Source of the DNA: an uncultured Actinomycetota bacterium
Lineage (GTDB): Bacteria > Actinomycetota > Actinomycetes > JAFAQI01
Length of the DNA: 64,000 bases
NCBI GenBank assembly: GCA_963770565.1
Contig: CAVYQE010000001.1
Coordinates: forward strand, 768,001 to 832,000
Direction of reading: 5' to 3'
Shown here: positions 31,696 to 41,652 of the stretch, piece by piece
Layout: the number at the start of each line of letters is the position of its first letter
Position numbering within the stretch: position 1 is the stretch's first letter
The notes under the pieces: model-generated
The model's database searches: none
Told to the model about the DNA's origin: nothing
The model's input: the letters and a program-made list of their open reading frames with translations, nothing else
Translations under genes and position numbers: made by a program

Positions 31696-33195
31696 ATGGC
31701 ACCGAACAATCAGCGACTGCGGACAGTGGGGGTCGTCCTCGCTGGAGGTGTGGGCGCCCGCGTCGGTCTGTTGATCCCGAAGCAGCTGCTGAAGATCGCC
31801 GGCAAACCGATCATTGAGCACACCTTGACCGCCTTCGAGGCGGCGCCCGACATCGACGAGATCCTGGTGATGATGACGCCCGGGTACGTCGACGACGTCA
31901 AGGCGATCGTGTCCGCGCGCGGGTTTCAGAAGGTGTCTGCGGTGTTGGAGGGCGGGGTCACCCGCAACGACTCGACCAAGCTCGCCCTCGACTGGCTCGG
32001 CGAGCAGGAATGCAACGTGCTCTTCCACGACGCGGTCCGGCCGCTGGTCGACCACCGGATCGTGCGCGAATGCGTGCAGGCGCTCGACCAGTTCGATGCC
32101 GTGGACGTCGCGATTCCTTCGGCCGACACCATCGTCGTCGTCGATGGCGGCGTGATCACCGCGATCCCCAACCGCAGCCGGCTGCGTCGCGGCCAGACCC
32201 CGCAAGGCTTCAGGCTTTCGACGATCCGCCGGGCCTACGAGTTGGCGTGGGAGGACCCCGACTTCGCATCGACCGACGACTGCAGCGTGGTGCTGAAATA
32301 CCTGCCCGAGGTCGCGATCCACGTGGTCGAGGGCTCGGAGCACAACCTGAAGGTCACCGATCCGGTCGATCTGTTCATCGCGGACAAGTTGTTCCAGCTG
32401 AGCTCGTCCACGGTCGAGCGGCTGTCCAGCGCAGCCGACTATGCCGAGCGTTTGGACGGCCGGGTGGCGGTGATTTTCGGCGGCAGCTACGGCATTGGCG
32501 CCGAGATCGCGTCGTTGCTCGGCGAGTACGGCGCGAACGTCTTCTCCTTCAGTCGGACCACCACCAACACCCATGTCGAGGATCCGCGTGACGTTGCGGC
32601 GGCGCTCGCTCAGGTGCACGCCGAGGCCGGCCGGATCGACTACATCGTGGTGACCGCGGGGATCCTGACCACCGGATCACTGGCGACCACCGACGACAAG
32701 ACGGTCGCGGAAATGATCGGTGTGAACTACATCGCACCGGTGCAGGTCGCCAGGCTCGGGATCGGCTACCTCGAGGAGACCAAGGGTCAGCTGTTGCTTT
32801 TCACGTCGAGCAGCTACACCCGTGGTCGGGCGAACTACAGCCTGTATTCGTCGAGCAAGGCAGCCGTGGTGAACCTCACGCAGGCGCTCGCCGACGAGTG
32901 GCTCGACGTGGGCGTCCGGGTCAACATCATCAATCCGGAACGCACGTCGACCCCGATGCGGACGAAGGCGTTCGGCAACGAGCCGGCCAGCAAGTTGCTC
33001 GAAGCGAGCGAGGTGGCGCAGACGTCGGTGGACGTTCTCGTCTCTGACGTTACGGGGCAGGTGGTGGACGTCCGGCTGGCAATCCCGATCGTGGCGGATC
33101 CGGCCGTCGGTGCGGCCGAGGCGGTCGCGGCGCAGGTCGAGCTGCAGGAGGCAGCCGCGGAAGCCGAGGCGGCGCGGGAGCACCGCTCGCCGTGA
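31696..33195 (+). CDS. Bifunctional IspD/TarI-type cytidylyltransferase + SDR reductase (Bcs1-like CDP-ribitol synthase)
   Basis: LAGGVGARVG..PKQ, HDAVRP, QTPQGF, TDD, NLKVT; then GGSYGIG and YSSSK. Confidence 0.9.
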   Translation: MAPNNQRLRTVGVVLAGGVGARVGLLIPKQLLKIAGKPIIEHTLTAFEAAPDIDEILVMMTPGYVDDVKAIVSARGFQKVSAVLEGGVTRNDSTKLALDWLGEQECNVLFHDAVRPLVDHRIVRECVQALDQFDAVDVAIPSADTIVVVDGGVITAIPNRSRLRRGQTPQGFRLSTIRRAYELAWEDPDFASTDDCSVVLKYLPEVAIHVVEGSEHNLKVTDPVDLFIADKLFQLSSSTVERLSSAADYAERLDGRVAVIFGGSYGIGAEIASLLGEYGANVFSFSRTTTNTHVEDPRDVAAALAQVHAEAGRIDYIVVTAGILTTGSLATTDDKTVAEMIGVNYIAPVQVARLGIGYLEETKGQLLLFTSSSYTRGRANYSLYSSSKAAVVNLTQALADEWLDVGVRVNIINPERTSTPMRTKAFGNEPASKLLEASEVAQTSVDVLVSDVTGQVVDVRLAIPIVADPAVGAAEAVAAQVELQEAAAEAEAAREHRSP

Positions 33196-34979
33196 CCGAG
33201 CCGGCCGAATCCGTCGGCGGCAGTGGCGCCGGACCGACCGCGCGCGCGCGCCTCATCGGCCTTTCCGGGCTCGCCTGTTATGTCTTCCTGCCGGTGGCCG
33301 GCGTATTCGGCTGGGCGATCGCCGTGGTCGTCGCGCTAGTGGTGAGTCAAGCGATCGACCTGCTCGTCGTGGCGAACCAGGAGTTGCGCGCCGGGCTGGC
33401 GCGGGCGCAGTTCGGCATCGCAAGCCGGACGCTCGCCCGCGAGCTTTCGGTCGTGATCCTGCTGTTGAGCGCCACCTGGGCGACCCGCGACAACGTGCGG
33501 GCGGCAGTTCTCCTTGTGCTGTCGGTCGCCGGCCTGCGGCTGGTCTACCACCTGCTGCTCGTACTGATCCGCCGGCGCGCAGTGCTGCCGGTAGAGGTGC
33601 TGAACGTCGATCTGTCCGGGATCAACGGGCCCCCGCCGTTGCCGGAGGTGATGCAGCGCCGAAGCTCCGAAAGGCTCCACGGTGTTTCGGCGCTCGCCCT
33701 CGTGGGCGCCGCTGTCGCCGTGGTCGCGAACCGGCCGGTCGTGCTGTACGTGGTGGTCGGCCCGGTCGTGGCGCTCGAGCTGGGCGGCGTGTTCGTGGCA
33801 ATCGGCTGGCTGATCCGCTCCCGCGGGGCGCTGATCCGGCAGTCCTACCTCGACGCGGTCCATCAACGCGTCGGCGATCTGCGTTCGCAGGTGATGTTGT
33901 TTCACAGCGGAACGGACGACTCGACGTACCAGGTCGACATGTGGTTGCCGGTCGTCGAGCGGCTCGATCGGCCCGCGCTCGTCGTTCTGCGCGAGCGACC
34001 GTGCTTCGCCGAGCTTGCGCCGACAACGCTGCCCGTCCTCTGCATCCCCGACGCGGTCGACTTCATGGGTTTCTCGCTTCCGGACGTGCGGGTCGCGTTG
34101 TACACGGCGAACGTCGGCAAGACCATCCACATGTTGCGCGAGCCCGGGGTTCGGCACGTCTTCGTCGGGCACGGCGACAGTGACAAGGCCGCGTCGTTCA
34201 ACCCGTTCAGCCGGGTCTATTCGGAGATCTGGGTGGCCGGCGCAGGCGGCCGCGACCGCTATCGGCGGGCCGCGGTCGGGGTTCGGGACGACGACGTCGT
34301 CGAGGTCGGCCGGCCCCAGCTCGAGGGCATCCGAGTCGCCGCCGATCCGATCGGTGACCGGGCGATGACCGTGCTGTATGCGCCGACCTGGGAAGGCTGG
34401 ACTGCCGATCCGGCGCACACCTCGCTGGTTCGGACCGGCCCCGCGTTGGTCGAGCGCCTGGTCGGATTCGCCGACGTCCAGGTGATCTACAAGCCGCACC
34501 CGCTCACCGGCTCGGTCGGCCCGGCGGCGGCCGCCGCCGACGCGGCCATCCGCTCGATCATCGCCCGGGCCGGTGGCGGTCATCTCACCGTCGTGGGCCC
34601 GGCGCCGACGCTGTACGAGTGCTTCAACGACGCCGATCTGCTGATCGCGGACATCTCGAGCGTCCTCAGCGACTTCATCGCGAGCCAGAAGCCGTACGTC
34701 GTCCCGAACCTCACCGGGCTGAGCGAGGAGGCCTTCCGGGCCAAGTTCCCGAGCGCCGGGACGGCCTACCTGCTCGACCCGGCCGCAGAGCGGCTCGGCG
34801 CGATCCTCGACCTGGTGCGTGACACCGATCCGCTCGCCGCCGACCGCAGGGCGCTCCGGCAGTACCTGCTCGGGCCGGCCGAGCCGGACGCGATGACCAG
34901 GTTCGCCGCCGCGGTCGACTCGGCCTACGACCACGCGGTGTCGATGTCGCCGGTCCGGATCGCGGCCGGCCGGGAGTAG
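33192..34979 (+). CDS. Membrane-anchored CDP-polyol:polymer phosphotransferase (TagF/TagB-like)
   Basis: N-terminal TMs; GHGDSDK, VGRPQ, LYAPTW, YKPHP, DISS. Confidence 0.8.
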   Translation: MTEPAESVGGSGAGPTARARLIGLSGLACYVFLPVAGVFGWAIAVVVALVVSQAIDLLVVANQELRAGLARAQFGIASRTLARELSVVILLLSATWATRDNVRAAVLLVLSVAGLRLVYHLLLVLIRRRAVLPVEVLNVDLSGINGPPPLPEVMQRRSSERLHGVSALALVGAAVAVVANRPVVLYVVVGPVVALELGGVFVAIGWLIRSRGALIRQSYLDAVHQRVGDLRSQVMLFHSGTDDSTYQVDMWLPVVERLDRPALVVLRERPCFAELAPTTLPVLCIPDAVDFMGFSLPDVRVALYTANVGKTIHMLREPGVRHVFVGHGDSDKAASFNPFSRVYSEIWVAGAGGRDRYRRAAVGVRDDDVVEVGRPQLEGIRVAADPIGDRAMTVLYAPTWEGWTADPAHTSLVRTGPALVERLVGFADVQVIYKPHPLTGSVGPAAAAADAAIRSIIARAGGGHLTVVGPAPTLYECFNDADLLIADISSVLSDFIASQKPYVVPNLTGLSEEAFRAKFPSAGTAYLLDPAAERLGAILDLVRDTDPLAADRRALRQYLLGPAEPDAMTRFAAAVDSAYDHAVSMSPVRIAAGRE

Positions 34980-34991
34980 TAGGCGTCGGCG

Positions 34992-35171
34992 TCAGACCTT
35001 CGTCCGGGTCCCCTTGACCCGGCCGCTGGCCACCCATCTCGACAGTGGCCGGCGCAGTGACTGATCGGCTTCGCGAGGCCGTTCCGCGGCCCGGGCGGCC
35101 AGCACCGCCACGATCGCGGCGAGCTCCTCGTCGGTGGGAGTGCCGCCGTGCACGATCCGCACTTCGGTCAC
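34992..35171 (-). CDS. Acyl-CoA carboxylase epsilon subunit
   Basis: [21 protein letters not shown]...W; GTG overlaps pccB stop. Confidence 0.85.
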   Translation of the reverse strand: MTEVRIVHGGTPTDEELAAIVAVLAARAAERPREADQSLRRPLSRWVASGRVKGTRTKV

Positions 35172-36754
35172 AGCGGGATGTTGCCGTGCTTCTTCGGCGG
35201 CAGCGACTCGCGCTTCGTGCGGAGCAACCGCAACGCGCGAATCACCTCGGCCCGGGTGGCCGAGGGCTTGATCACCGCGTCGACGTATCCGCGCTCGGCC
35301 GCAATGTAGGGGTTGGCGAAGTGGTCCTCGTAGTCCGTGACCAGCTCGGCACGCTTGGACTCGGCATCGGGCTCGTCGGCCAGCGAGCGGCGATGCAAGA
35401 TGTTGACCGCGCCCTGCGCGCCCATCACTGCGATCTCTGCGGTCGGCCAGGCAAGGTTGACGTCGGCGCGTAGGTGCTTGGAGCCCATGACGTCGTACGC
35501 GCCGCCGTAGGCCTTGCGGGTGATGACGGTCACCTTCGGCACGGTCGCCTCGGCGTACGCGTACAGCAGCTTTGCGCCGCGCCGGATGATGCCGTTCCAT
35601 TCCTGCTCGGTGCCGGGCAGGAAGCCGGGTACGTCGACAAAGGTCAGAACCGGCACGTTGAACGCGTCGCAGGTCCGCACGAACCGGGCCGCCTTCTCCG
35701 ACGAGTCGATGTCGAGGGTGCCGGCGAAGTGCATGGGCTGGTTGGCCACGATGCCCACCGAGTGCCCGTCGATCCGCGCGAAGCCGCAGACGATGTTGGT
35801 CGCGAAGAGCGCGTGTGACTGGAGGAACTCGCCGTCGTCGACCACGTGCTCGATCACGGTGGTCATGTCGTACGGCTGGTTGGACGAGTCCGGGATGACG
35901 GTGTCGAGGAACTGATCGGGCTGCAGTGCGTCGAGGTCCTCCTCGTCGTACGACGGTGGCTCCTCGAGGTTGTTGCTCGGAAGGAAGGCCAGCAACGCCC
36001 GGGTGAGCTCGAGCGCCTCGGGCTCGTCGGCCGACATGAAGTGCGCAACGCCCGACTTGGTGTTGTGCGTGCGCGCGCCGCCGAGCTCCTCCATCGTGAC
36101 GTCCTCGCCGGTGACGGTCTTGATGACGTCCGGGCCGGTGATGAACATGTGCGAGGTCTGGTCGACCATGATCGTGAAGTCGGTGATCGCCGGCGAGTAG
36201 ACCGCGCCGCCCGCGCACGGACCCATCACCAGTGAGATCTGCGGCACGACGCCCGAGGCCATGACGTTGCGATAGAAGATCTCGGCGTAGAGTCCGAGCG
36301 CGACCACGCCTTCCTGGATCCGCGCCCCGCCGGAGTCGTTGATCCCGATCACCGGGCAACCGGTCTTCATCGCCAGGTCCATGACCTTGCAGATCTTCTC
36401 GCCGAGGACCTCGCCGAGTGAGCCGCCGAAGACGGTGAAGTCCTGGCTGAACACGCAGACCGCGCGGCCGTGCACCGTGCCGTGGCCGGTGACGACGCCG
36501 TCGCCGTACGGCCGGGTCGACTGCATGTCGAAGTCGTACGCCCGGTGCCGGGCGAGCGCGTCGAGCTCGACGAACGATCCCGGATCGAGCAGGGCCGCGA
36601 TCCGCTCGCGTGCGGTCATCTTGCCCTTGGCGTGCTGCTTGTCGATCGCGCGCTGCGAGCCGGCATGCACGGCTTCGTCAGTACGACGCTCGAGCTCGGC
36701 GATCCGGCCGGCGGTGGTGTGCGGGACAGGCGTCTCGTCCGGTGGGGCGCTCAT
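35168..36754 (-). CDS. pccB: Acyl-CoA (propionyl-CoA) carboxylase beta subunit
   Basis: [44 protein letters not shown]. Confidence 0.95.
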   Translation of the reverse strand: MSAPPDETPVPHTTAGRIAELERRTDEAVHAGSQRAIDKQHAKGKMTARERIAALLDPGSFVELDALARHRAYDFDMQSTRPYGDGVVTGHGTVHGRAVCVFSQDFTVFGGSLGEVLGEKICKVMDLAMKTGCPVIGINDSGGARIQEGVVALGLYAEIFYRNVMASGVVPQISLVMGPCAGGAVYSPAITDFTIMVDQTSHMFITGPDVIKTVTGEDVTMEELGGARTHNTKSGVAHFMSADEPEALELTRALLAFLPSNNLEEPPSYDEEDLDALQPDQFLDTVIPDSSNQPYDMTTVIEHVVDDGEFLQSHALFATNIVCGFARIDGHSVGIVANQPMHFAGTLDIDSSEKAARFVRTCDAFNVPVLTFVDVPGFLPGTEQEWNGIIRRGAKLLYAYAEATVPKVTVITRKAYGGAYDVMGSKHLRADVNLAWPTAEIAVMGAQGAVNILHRRSLADEPDAESKRAELVTDYEDHFANPYIAAERGYVDAVIKPSATRAEVIRALRLLRTKRESLPPKKHGNIPL

Positions 36755-36774
36755 GACGCCGTAGCGTACGGCTG

Positions 36775-37587
36775 ATGTCCTCGCCCTGGAGTGACCTGGA
36801 CCGCGCGCCGCTGTCGGCGGCGCGCCTGCGCCACTCACTCGCCGGCGGTCCGGTCTGGCGAGAGATCCAGGTCCGTACGACGACCGAGTCGACGAACGCC
36901 GAGGTCGCCGAAGCGGCTCGAGCGGGCGCCGCGGAGGGCCTGGTCGTGATCGCCGAACACCAGAGCGCCGGCCGCGGCCGGATGGATCGCACCTGGTCGG
37001 CAGCGCCCCGGTCCGCGGTGTTGATGTCGGCGTTGCTGCGCCCGACCGTCGGGGTGTCGTCGTGGCCGCTGCTGCCGTTGCTGACCGGGCTGGCCGTTGT
37101 CGAGGCGCTCGACGCCGTCGCGGGTGTTACCGCCGCCCTGAAGTGGCCCAACGACGTGCTGATCGACGGCCGGAAGGTCGCCGGGATCCTGGTCGAACGG
37201 GTAGAGGAGGCGGTCGTGGTCGGCGTCGGGCTCAATGTCTCGACCCGCGCTGACGAACTGCCGGTCGAGACCGCCACGAGCCTCGCGCTCGCCGGCGGGT
37301 CGATCGACCGCGAGATTCTCACCCGCGAGGTGTTGCGCGGGCTGGCCCGCCGCTATCTCGGCTGGCTCGAGCGCGACGGCGCGCCCGGGTCGGTCATCCC
37401 GGCATATCGGGAGCGGTGCGAGACGATTGGCCTCCAGATCGAACTGCTGCTTCCTGGAGGGGACGTCGTGCGAGGCACCGCCACCGAGATCGACGACAGT
37501 GGGCGACTGGTCCTGCGCGACGAGGCGACCGGGACGGATCGCGCCTGGCTGGTCGGCGATGTCACCCATGTCCGAAAGGTGAGCTGA
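36775..37587 (+). CDS. birA: Biotin--protein ligase
   Basis: [33 protein letters not shown]. Confidence 0.95.
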   Translation: MSSPWSDLDRAPLSAARLRHSLAGGPVWREIQVRTTTESTNAEVAEAARAGAAEGLVVIAEHQSAGRGRMDRTWSAAPRSAVLMSALLRPTVGVSSWPLLPLLTGLAVVEALDAVAGVTAALKWPNDVLIDGRKVAGILVERVEEAVVVGVGLNVSTRADELPVETATSLALAGGSIDREILTREVLRGLARRYLGWLERDGAPGSVIPAYRERCETIGLQIELLLPGGDVVRGTATEIDDSGRLVLRDEATGTDRAWLVGDVTHVRKVS

Positions 37588-37591
37588 CCTC

Positions 37592-38092
37592 ATGCCGTTC
37601 CCGGAGAGCATCCTCGACAACGGTGAGCAGGTGGTGCGCAACCTGCGCCCGCACTGGCGTCGGGTCGTGCTTCCGATCGTGGTGCTACTGGTCGTGATCG
37701 GTCTCGCGTCGTACGGGTGGTTCGCGTTGCCGTCAGGCAGCGCCCGCGGGCCGCTTCGCGACGTGATCCTGGCGGCTGCGCTGGTCATCATCGTGTGGTG
37801 GACGGTGCGTCCGTTGCTGACCTGGGTCACCACCCGGTACGTCATCACCAATCGGCGGGTGCTGATGCGAAACGGGGTCTTCTCGCGCACCGGCCGCGAC
37901 GTGCCGCTCACCCGGGTCAACGACGTGTCGTTCTCGCGCACGGTGGTCGAGCGGCTGATCGGCTCCGGCACGCTAACGATCGAGTCGGCCGGCGACCGAG
38001 GCCAGGTCCTCTTGCACGACGTGCCACACGTCGAGTCAGTCCAGCGCGACATCTACCGTCTCGTAGAAGACGAGGCACAACGACTGCGTTAA
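37592..38092 (+). CDS. Bacterial PH-domain membrane protein
   Basis: RPHW, TRYVITNRR, DVPLTRVNDVSF, GTLTIESAG. Confidence 0.9.
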   Translation: MPFPESILDNGEQVVRNLRPHWRRVVLPIVVLLVVIGLASYGWFALPSGSARGPLRDVILAAALVIIVWWTVRPLLTWVTTRYVITNRRVLMRNGVFSRTGRDVPLTRVNDVSFSRTVVERLIGSGTLTIESAGDRGQVLLHDVPHVESVQRDIYRLVEDEAQRLR

Positions 38093-38189
38093 CCCAGCGA
38101 GCCGTCAATACAACCACTCAGTTAGCGCACAGCGATCCGCTCATAACCGGCTACAGCACACGTCTGTGGAAGCGGCCGCGCGGGTGAGA

Positions 38190-38216
38190 GCAACCTTTGA
38201 GGGCATAACCGGCGTC
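38190..38216 (+). promoter_or_regulatory. Putative ECF (SigE-type) autoregulatory promoter
   Basis: GCAACC-N17-CGTC just upstream of the sigma gene. Confidence 0.5.
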
Positions 38217-38247
38217 ATAGTTGGTAGAGGCGTCGTGGAGGGGTTCT

Positions 38248-38790
38248 ATGCGGGTTGCGAGGAACGCGGCGGTGGAGGACTTCCGTGCCTACGCTGTCGC
38301 CCGTTCAGCGACGCTTCATCGCGCTGCGCTGCTATTGAGCGGTGACCGTGGACATGCGGAAGATCTCGTTCAGACGACGCTGATCAAGGTCTATGTGAAC
38401 TGGCGTCGCGTCGTGAAGGCGGGGAACGCCGATGCGTATGTCAATCGAGTGCTCGTCAACACGCATTTGTCATCACTGCGCAAGCGACGGTTGCGTGAGC
38501 TGCTCAGCGACTCGGTGCCCGAACCGGCACCGGTCGATCCGCGCTATCCGGTCGAAGCGTTGGAAGCGGTGTGGGCTGCCCTGGCCGGACTTCCGCCGCG
38601 CCAGCGGGCAGCGGTCGTGCTTCGTCACTACCAGGGGTTCAGTGAATCCGAGACCGCAGAGATCCTGAACACCTCAGTCGGGAACGTCAAGAGCCTGACC
38701 AGTCGGGGTCTCGCTGGGCTGCGACGCTGCCTCAGCCAGTCCGGTGGGGACGCAGTCGTCGCGGCCGTGCCAACCATGAGAGGGATCTGA
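38248..38790 (+). CDS. SigE-family ECF sigma factor
   Basis: AEDLVQTTL, WRRV, LPPRQRAAVVLRH, SESETAEIL, GNVKSLTSRGL. Confidence 0.93.
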   Translation: MRVARNAAVEDFRAYAVARSATLHRAALLLSGDRGHAEDLVQTTLIKVYVNWRRVVKAGNADAYVNRVLVNTHLSSLRKRRLRELLSDSVPEPAPVDPRYPVEALEAVWAALAGLPPRQRAAVVLRHYQGFSESETAEILNTSVGNVKSLTSRGLAGLRRCLSQSGGDAVVAAVPTMRGI

Positions 38791-39398
38791 TGACCGAGCA
38801 GTTGGACGACGTCCATGAGCTGTTTCAACGGATGACAGTCGGGTACACGCCGGTGCTTGACCTTGACTACGTGACGCGGGCGGCGGAGCACAAGCGGGCC
38901 CGGGTGCTCGCGAAGGCGGGCGGGGCGGTAGCAATCGTGCTCGTCGCATCTGCCGCGTTCGTCGGCGTCAGCGTGACGCACCACCGGGCCGCCCCCGCGC
39001 CCGCGTCGCTCGGAGACCAGTCGTTGGTTACCCCGAGAGCGCTGGCCGGTACTCCGGTCCAAACAACGTCAGTTGTGATTGACCCTCGTTTGTGGACCTA
39101 CGGCCCCCCGTCCGCAAACACGGCTACCCCGGCAACGACCGCGGTGCGGGATTTCGATCAATACACAGGTAGGGACGCGATTCCTGCTGGTACAAGCGTG
39201 ACGATCGGACTTCTGACCGGCAAGACCCTCGATGGCGGGGTAACGCAAGCAACCCTTGTCTATGGCTACTCGGATTACGAACCTAAATGCCCCGATTTTG
39301 GGCCTGGTGGACCAAGCGATGCCAAGGGGTGCACCGGCTGGACATTCCTGGACGCAAACACGGGTAAGCAGATTCTCAGTACTTGGACTCTCAACTGA
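38790..39398 (+). CDS. Single-TM protein, putative anti-sigma factor
   Basis: ATG overlaps sigma stop; short cytoplasmic N-terminus, one TM, extracellular domain with Cys pair. Confidence 0.65.
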   Translation: MTEQLDDVHELFQRMTVGYTPVLDLDYVTRAAEHKRARVLAKAGGAVAIVLVASAAFVGVSVTHHRAAPAPASLGDQSLVTPRALAGTPVQTTSVVIDPRLWTYGPPSANTATPATTAVRDFDQYTGRDAIPAGTSVTIGLLTGKTLDGGVTQATLVYGYSDYEPKCPDFGPGGPSDAKGCTGWTFLDANTGKQILSTWTLN

Positions 39399-39508
39399 CG
39401 GCGAGCCCCGTTCGCTGACAGTCAGAAGCGCCTCGCAAACCGACCGGAGGTGCTGTTCGGGCGCAACGGTGGACTGATAGTCGGGTCGACTGCGACAGGA
39501 TGGTCGCC

Positions 39509-39871
39509 ATGGCGACAGCTTGGCGCTCGTGCGTGATCATGACGCAGGACGTTGCACGCATGGCCGCTTTCTGGAGGCTGGCCTCAGGCCTCAGGCCAGC
39601 CTTTGAAGGCGACGACGAGGTGGTCTTGACCTCTGACGGGACCCCCGGTCGGCACCCCGGAATTGTCATCATGGCGGGTCAGCCGTCAAGTGACGGTGCC
39701 GTCCACATTGACATCAATTCAGACGACATGCTGGCAGATCTCAGTCGGTTACTGCGCGAGGGAGCAACACTCGTCGCAGATCATGGCGAGGACTGGAAGA
39801 TGCTTCACGACCCGGACGGCAATCCCTTCTGTCTCCGAGGGCCCGCGAAACCTGTGGCGGAGCCGCACTGA
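39509..39871 (+). CDS. VOC/glyoxalase-like protein
   Basis: MAAFW, VHIDI, GATLV, LHDPDGNPFC. Confidence 0.85.
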   Translation: MATAWRSCVIMTQDVARMAAFWRLASGLRPAFEGDDEVVLTSDGTPGRHPGIVIMAGQPSSDGAVHIDINSDDMLADLSRLLREGATLVADHGEDWKMLHDPDGNPFCLRGPAKPVAEPH

Positions 39872-39991
39872 GGTTTCGATCCAGGACATGTGGTCGAGGC
39901 GTCGGTCCGTCCCGTAGGCAGGATCCTTGCCGGGCGGTAGTCGTGCGGTCATGCGCCAAACGGCAGGCGAGAACGGTGAGATGATTTCGCT

Positions 39992-40258
39992 GTGACGGCT
40001 AGCGACCTCCCCGGCTTGGACCCCACCTTGCCCGCACCCAGGCGTCCAGTTATTTGGCGCGTTCTCATGTTGTGCTGGGTGGCGGTAGGTGTCGCGGCCG
40101 CGATCGTGGTGGCGCTGGCGGTTCACGGCGTGATCGGCGCAAAGACGGGCGCAGCTATCGTCACCGCGGTGTATCTCGCGTTCGGCGCCATCGCTTTGAG
40201 CCGAGCATGGATGGCCCGCCGCGTCGACATCGAAGTCGACGCACGCGGCCAGCAGTAG
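39992..40258 (+). CDS. Small two-TM hypothetical protein
   Basis: 88 aa with two hydrophobic segments; fills gap between spacers. Confidence 0.55.
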   Translation: MTASDLPGLDPTLPAPRRPVIWRVLMLCWVAVGVAAAIVVALAVHGVIGAKTGAAIVTAVYLAFGAIALSRAWMARRVDIEVDARGQQ

Positions 40259-40277
40259 CCGAACATACGTGATGCTC

Positions 40278-40562
40278 TCACTCGTCTCCGATGTAGCCCG
40301 TCGCCGGATCGATCATGCCGAGAAAGCCGCGGATGGCGTCGCGGTGCTCCTCCGTAGACGGGTTTGGTGGGCCGCTACTCCCAAAGCCGTAGCCCTCGTT
40401 AGGCCCGCTCAACCATTCGTACGCCCATCCGCCGTCGGCGGCCTGACGAACGGCGAAGTCTTCACCATCGACCTCCAGCGTCAGCAACACGGGGCCGGGG
40501 TGCCCTTCGTCGCCGTCGTACAAGGCGGGGACCGGAGTCCAGTCCCCGTTCCCAGTGCTCAT
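40278..40562 (-). CDS. Small acidic hypothetical protein
   Basis: LEVDGEDFAV...YEWLSGPNEGYGF...IRGFLGMIDPATGYI resembles an uncharacterised actinobacterial family. Confidence 0.7.
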   Translation of the reverse strand: MSTGNGDWTPVPALYDGDEGHPGPVLLTLEVDGEDFAVRQAADGGWAYEWLSGPNEGYGFGSSGPPNPSTEEHRDAIRGFLGMIDPATGYIGDE

Positions 40563-40593
40563 AACGCGAGGCTATTGGGATGTCCGGTTGAAA

Positions 40594-40627
40594 GTGCCGA
40601 TATCTGGCCCGTCACGATGGTCGGCAC
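40594..40627. repeat. Intergenic bulged hairpin repeat, copy 1
   Basis: GTGCCGATATC-TGGCCCGTC-ACGATGGTCGGCAC. Confidence 0.8.
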
Positions 40628-40686
40628 AGTGCCGCATCCCTGCCGCTCGGGCGCACAAGTGCGGCTGATCTGGGATCCTGGCTTGC

Positions 40687-41160
40687 ATGTCGCAGTCAGT
40701 TGTGGCCGAAGTTAAGAGCGTGCTCGCCTTTGGTGAGGGTGTGCCCGGCAGCGCCGCTCTGGACGGCTACGCACCAGCCAACCGCGAACATTTCGGATTC
40801 CGAGCCCAGGTCTTCATTGGACAGCAAGGCGACGATCGCTCGGACAGTTTCGACATCACGGTGTGCTCGCCCTCTTGGTTCGCAGAGGGCGTCTCGCAGC
40901 AGGGCCTGGGGCGGTTCAACCGTCTGTTACGTGCGCTGCCTGAGGGGGTGCTTCCGGGCGCGGGCATCTGGTTCATGCGTCAGTGGGAGCGTTCTGAGTT
41001 CGAGACCGCTCTGAATGCCGTCTGCGACGCTGCGAGCGGGGGGCCAGACTGGGGAAGCGTCGCGTCGCGCATCGGCAGGTTGATCCCATGGGAGTTCGAC
41101 TACAAGTTCGACGCTCATGTCGACAGCCGGTACGGGGAGCCGTTTCCCGTTATCCAATAA
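40687..41160 (+). CDS. Immunity protein Imm8-like
   Basis: F..QVFIG...SDSFDITVCSPSW...GPDWGSVASRIGRLIPWEFDY. Confidence 0.75.
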   Translation: MSQSVVAEVKSVLAFGEGVPGSAALDGYAPANREHFGFRAQVFIGQQGDDRSDSFDITVCSPSWFAEGVSQQGLGRFNRLLRALPEGVLPGAGIWFMRQWERSEFETALNAVCDAASGGPDWGSVASRIGRLIPWEFDYKFDAHVDSRYGEPFPVIQ

Positions 41161-41232
41161 TGCCGTTCTTCAACGGGCTTACCCGGCGCTATCGTGCGGT
41201 CGTTCGGGTCGCCGTCGAGGGAGAATGTGCTC

Positions 41233-41652
41233 GTGGGAGAGGGTGCACGGGAGCTCTGGCTACGCGACGAGGTCTCACGCCTCGCAGCGTTGATCGAAGC
41301 GCCGCCACGGGAACTTGTGAGTTTCGACTCACGGGTCGACATGGGCGCGCCCTACGTCTGGGTCGAGCCAGGCGGGCCCTACCACTGGATCGTCAAGGAG
41401 CGTGGACAGACGCTTGAGCACCGCACGACACAGGATGTTGACGACATCCTGTTCTGGTCATTCGAGGCGACGACTGGCTCGATGGCCTCGCAATGGGCGG
41501 CTCGGCATCCAGATGAGCAACACGACTTCCGAGTCGGGATGTGGGCCAAGCAACAGGAACTTCTGATGCGGCTCGACCCGCGCTGGGTGAACCGGTGGCG
41601 CGACCGGCTGATCGTGAGGTCCCGGACGCCGAGGCGTTGCCCCCCAGTCTGA
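41233..41652 (+). CDS. Immunity protein Imm63-like
   Basis: LAALIEAP, YHWIVKERG..LEHRTTQDVDDILFW, DFR...KQQELL..LDPRW. Confidence 0.78.
   Translation: MGEGARELWLRDEVSRLAALIEAPPRELVSFDSRVDMGAPYVWVEPGGPYHWIVKERGQTLEHRTTQDVDDILFWSFEATTGSMASQWAARHPDEQHDFRVGMWAKQQELLMRLDPRWVNRWRDRLIVRSRTPRRCPPV

Noticed and set aside
40259-40272. CCGAACATACGTGA as a LexA box
   Set aside because: Only the left half matches, and it lies between convergent genes.
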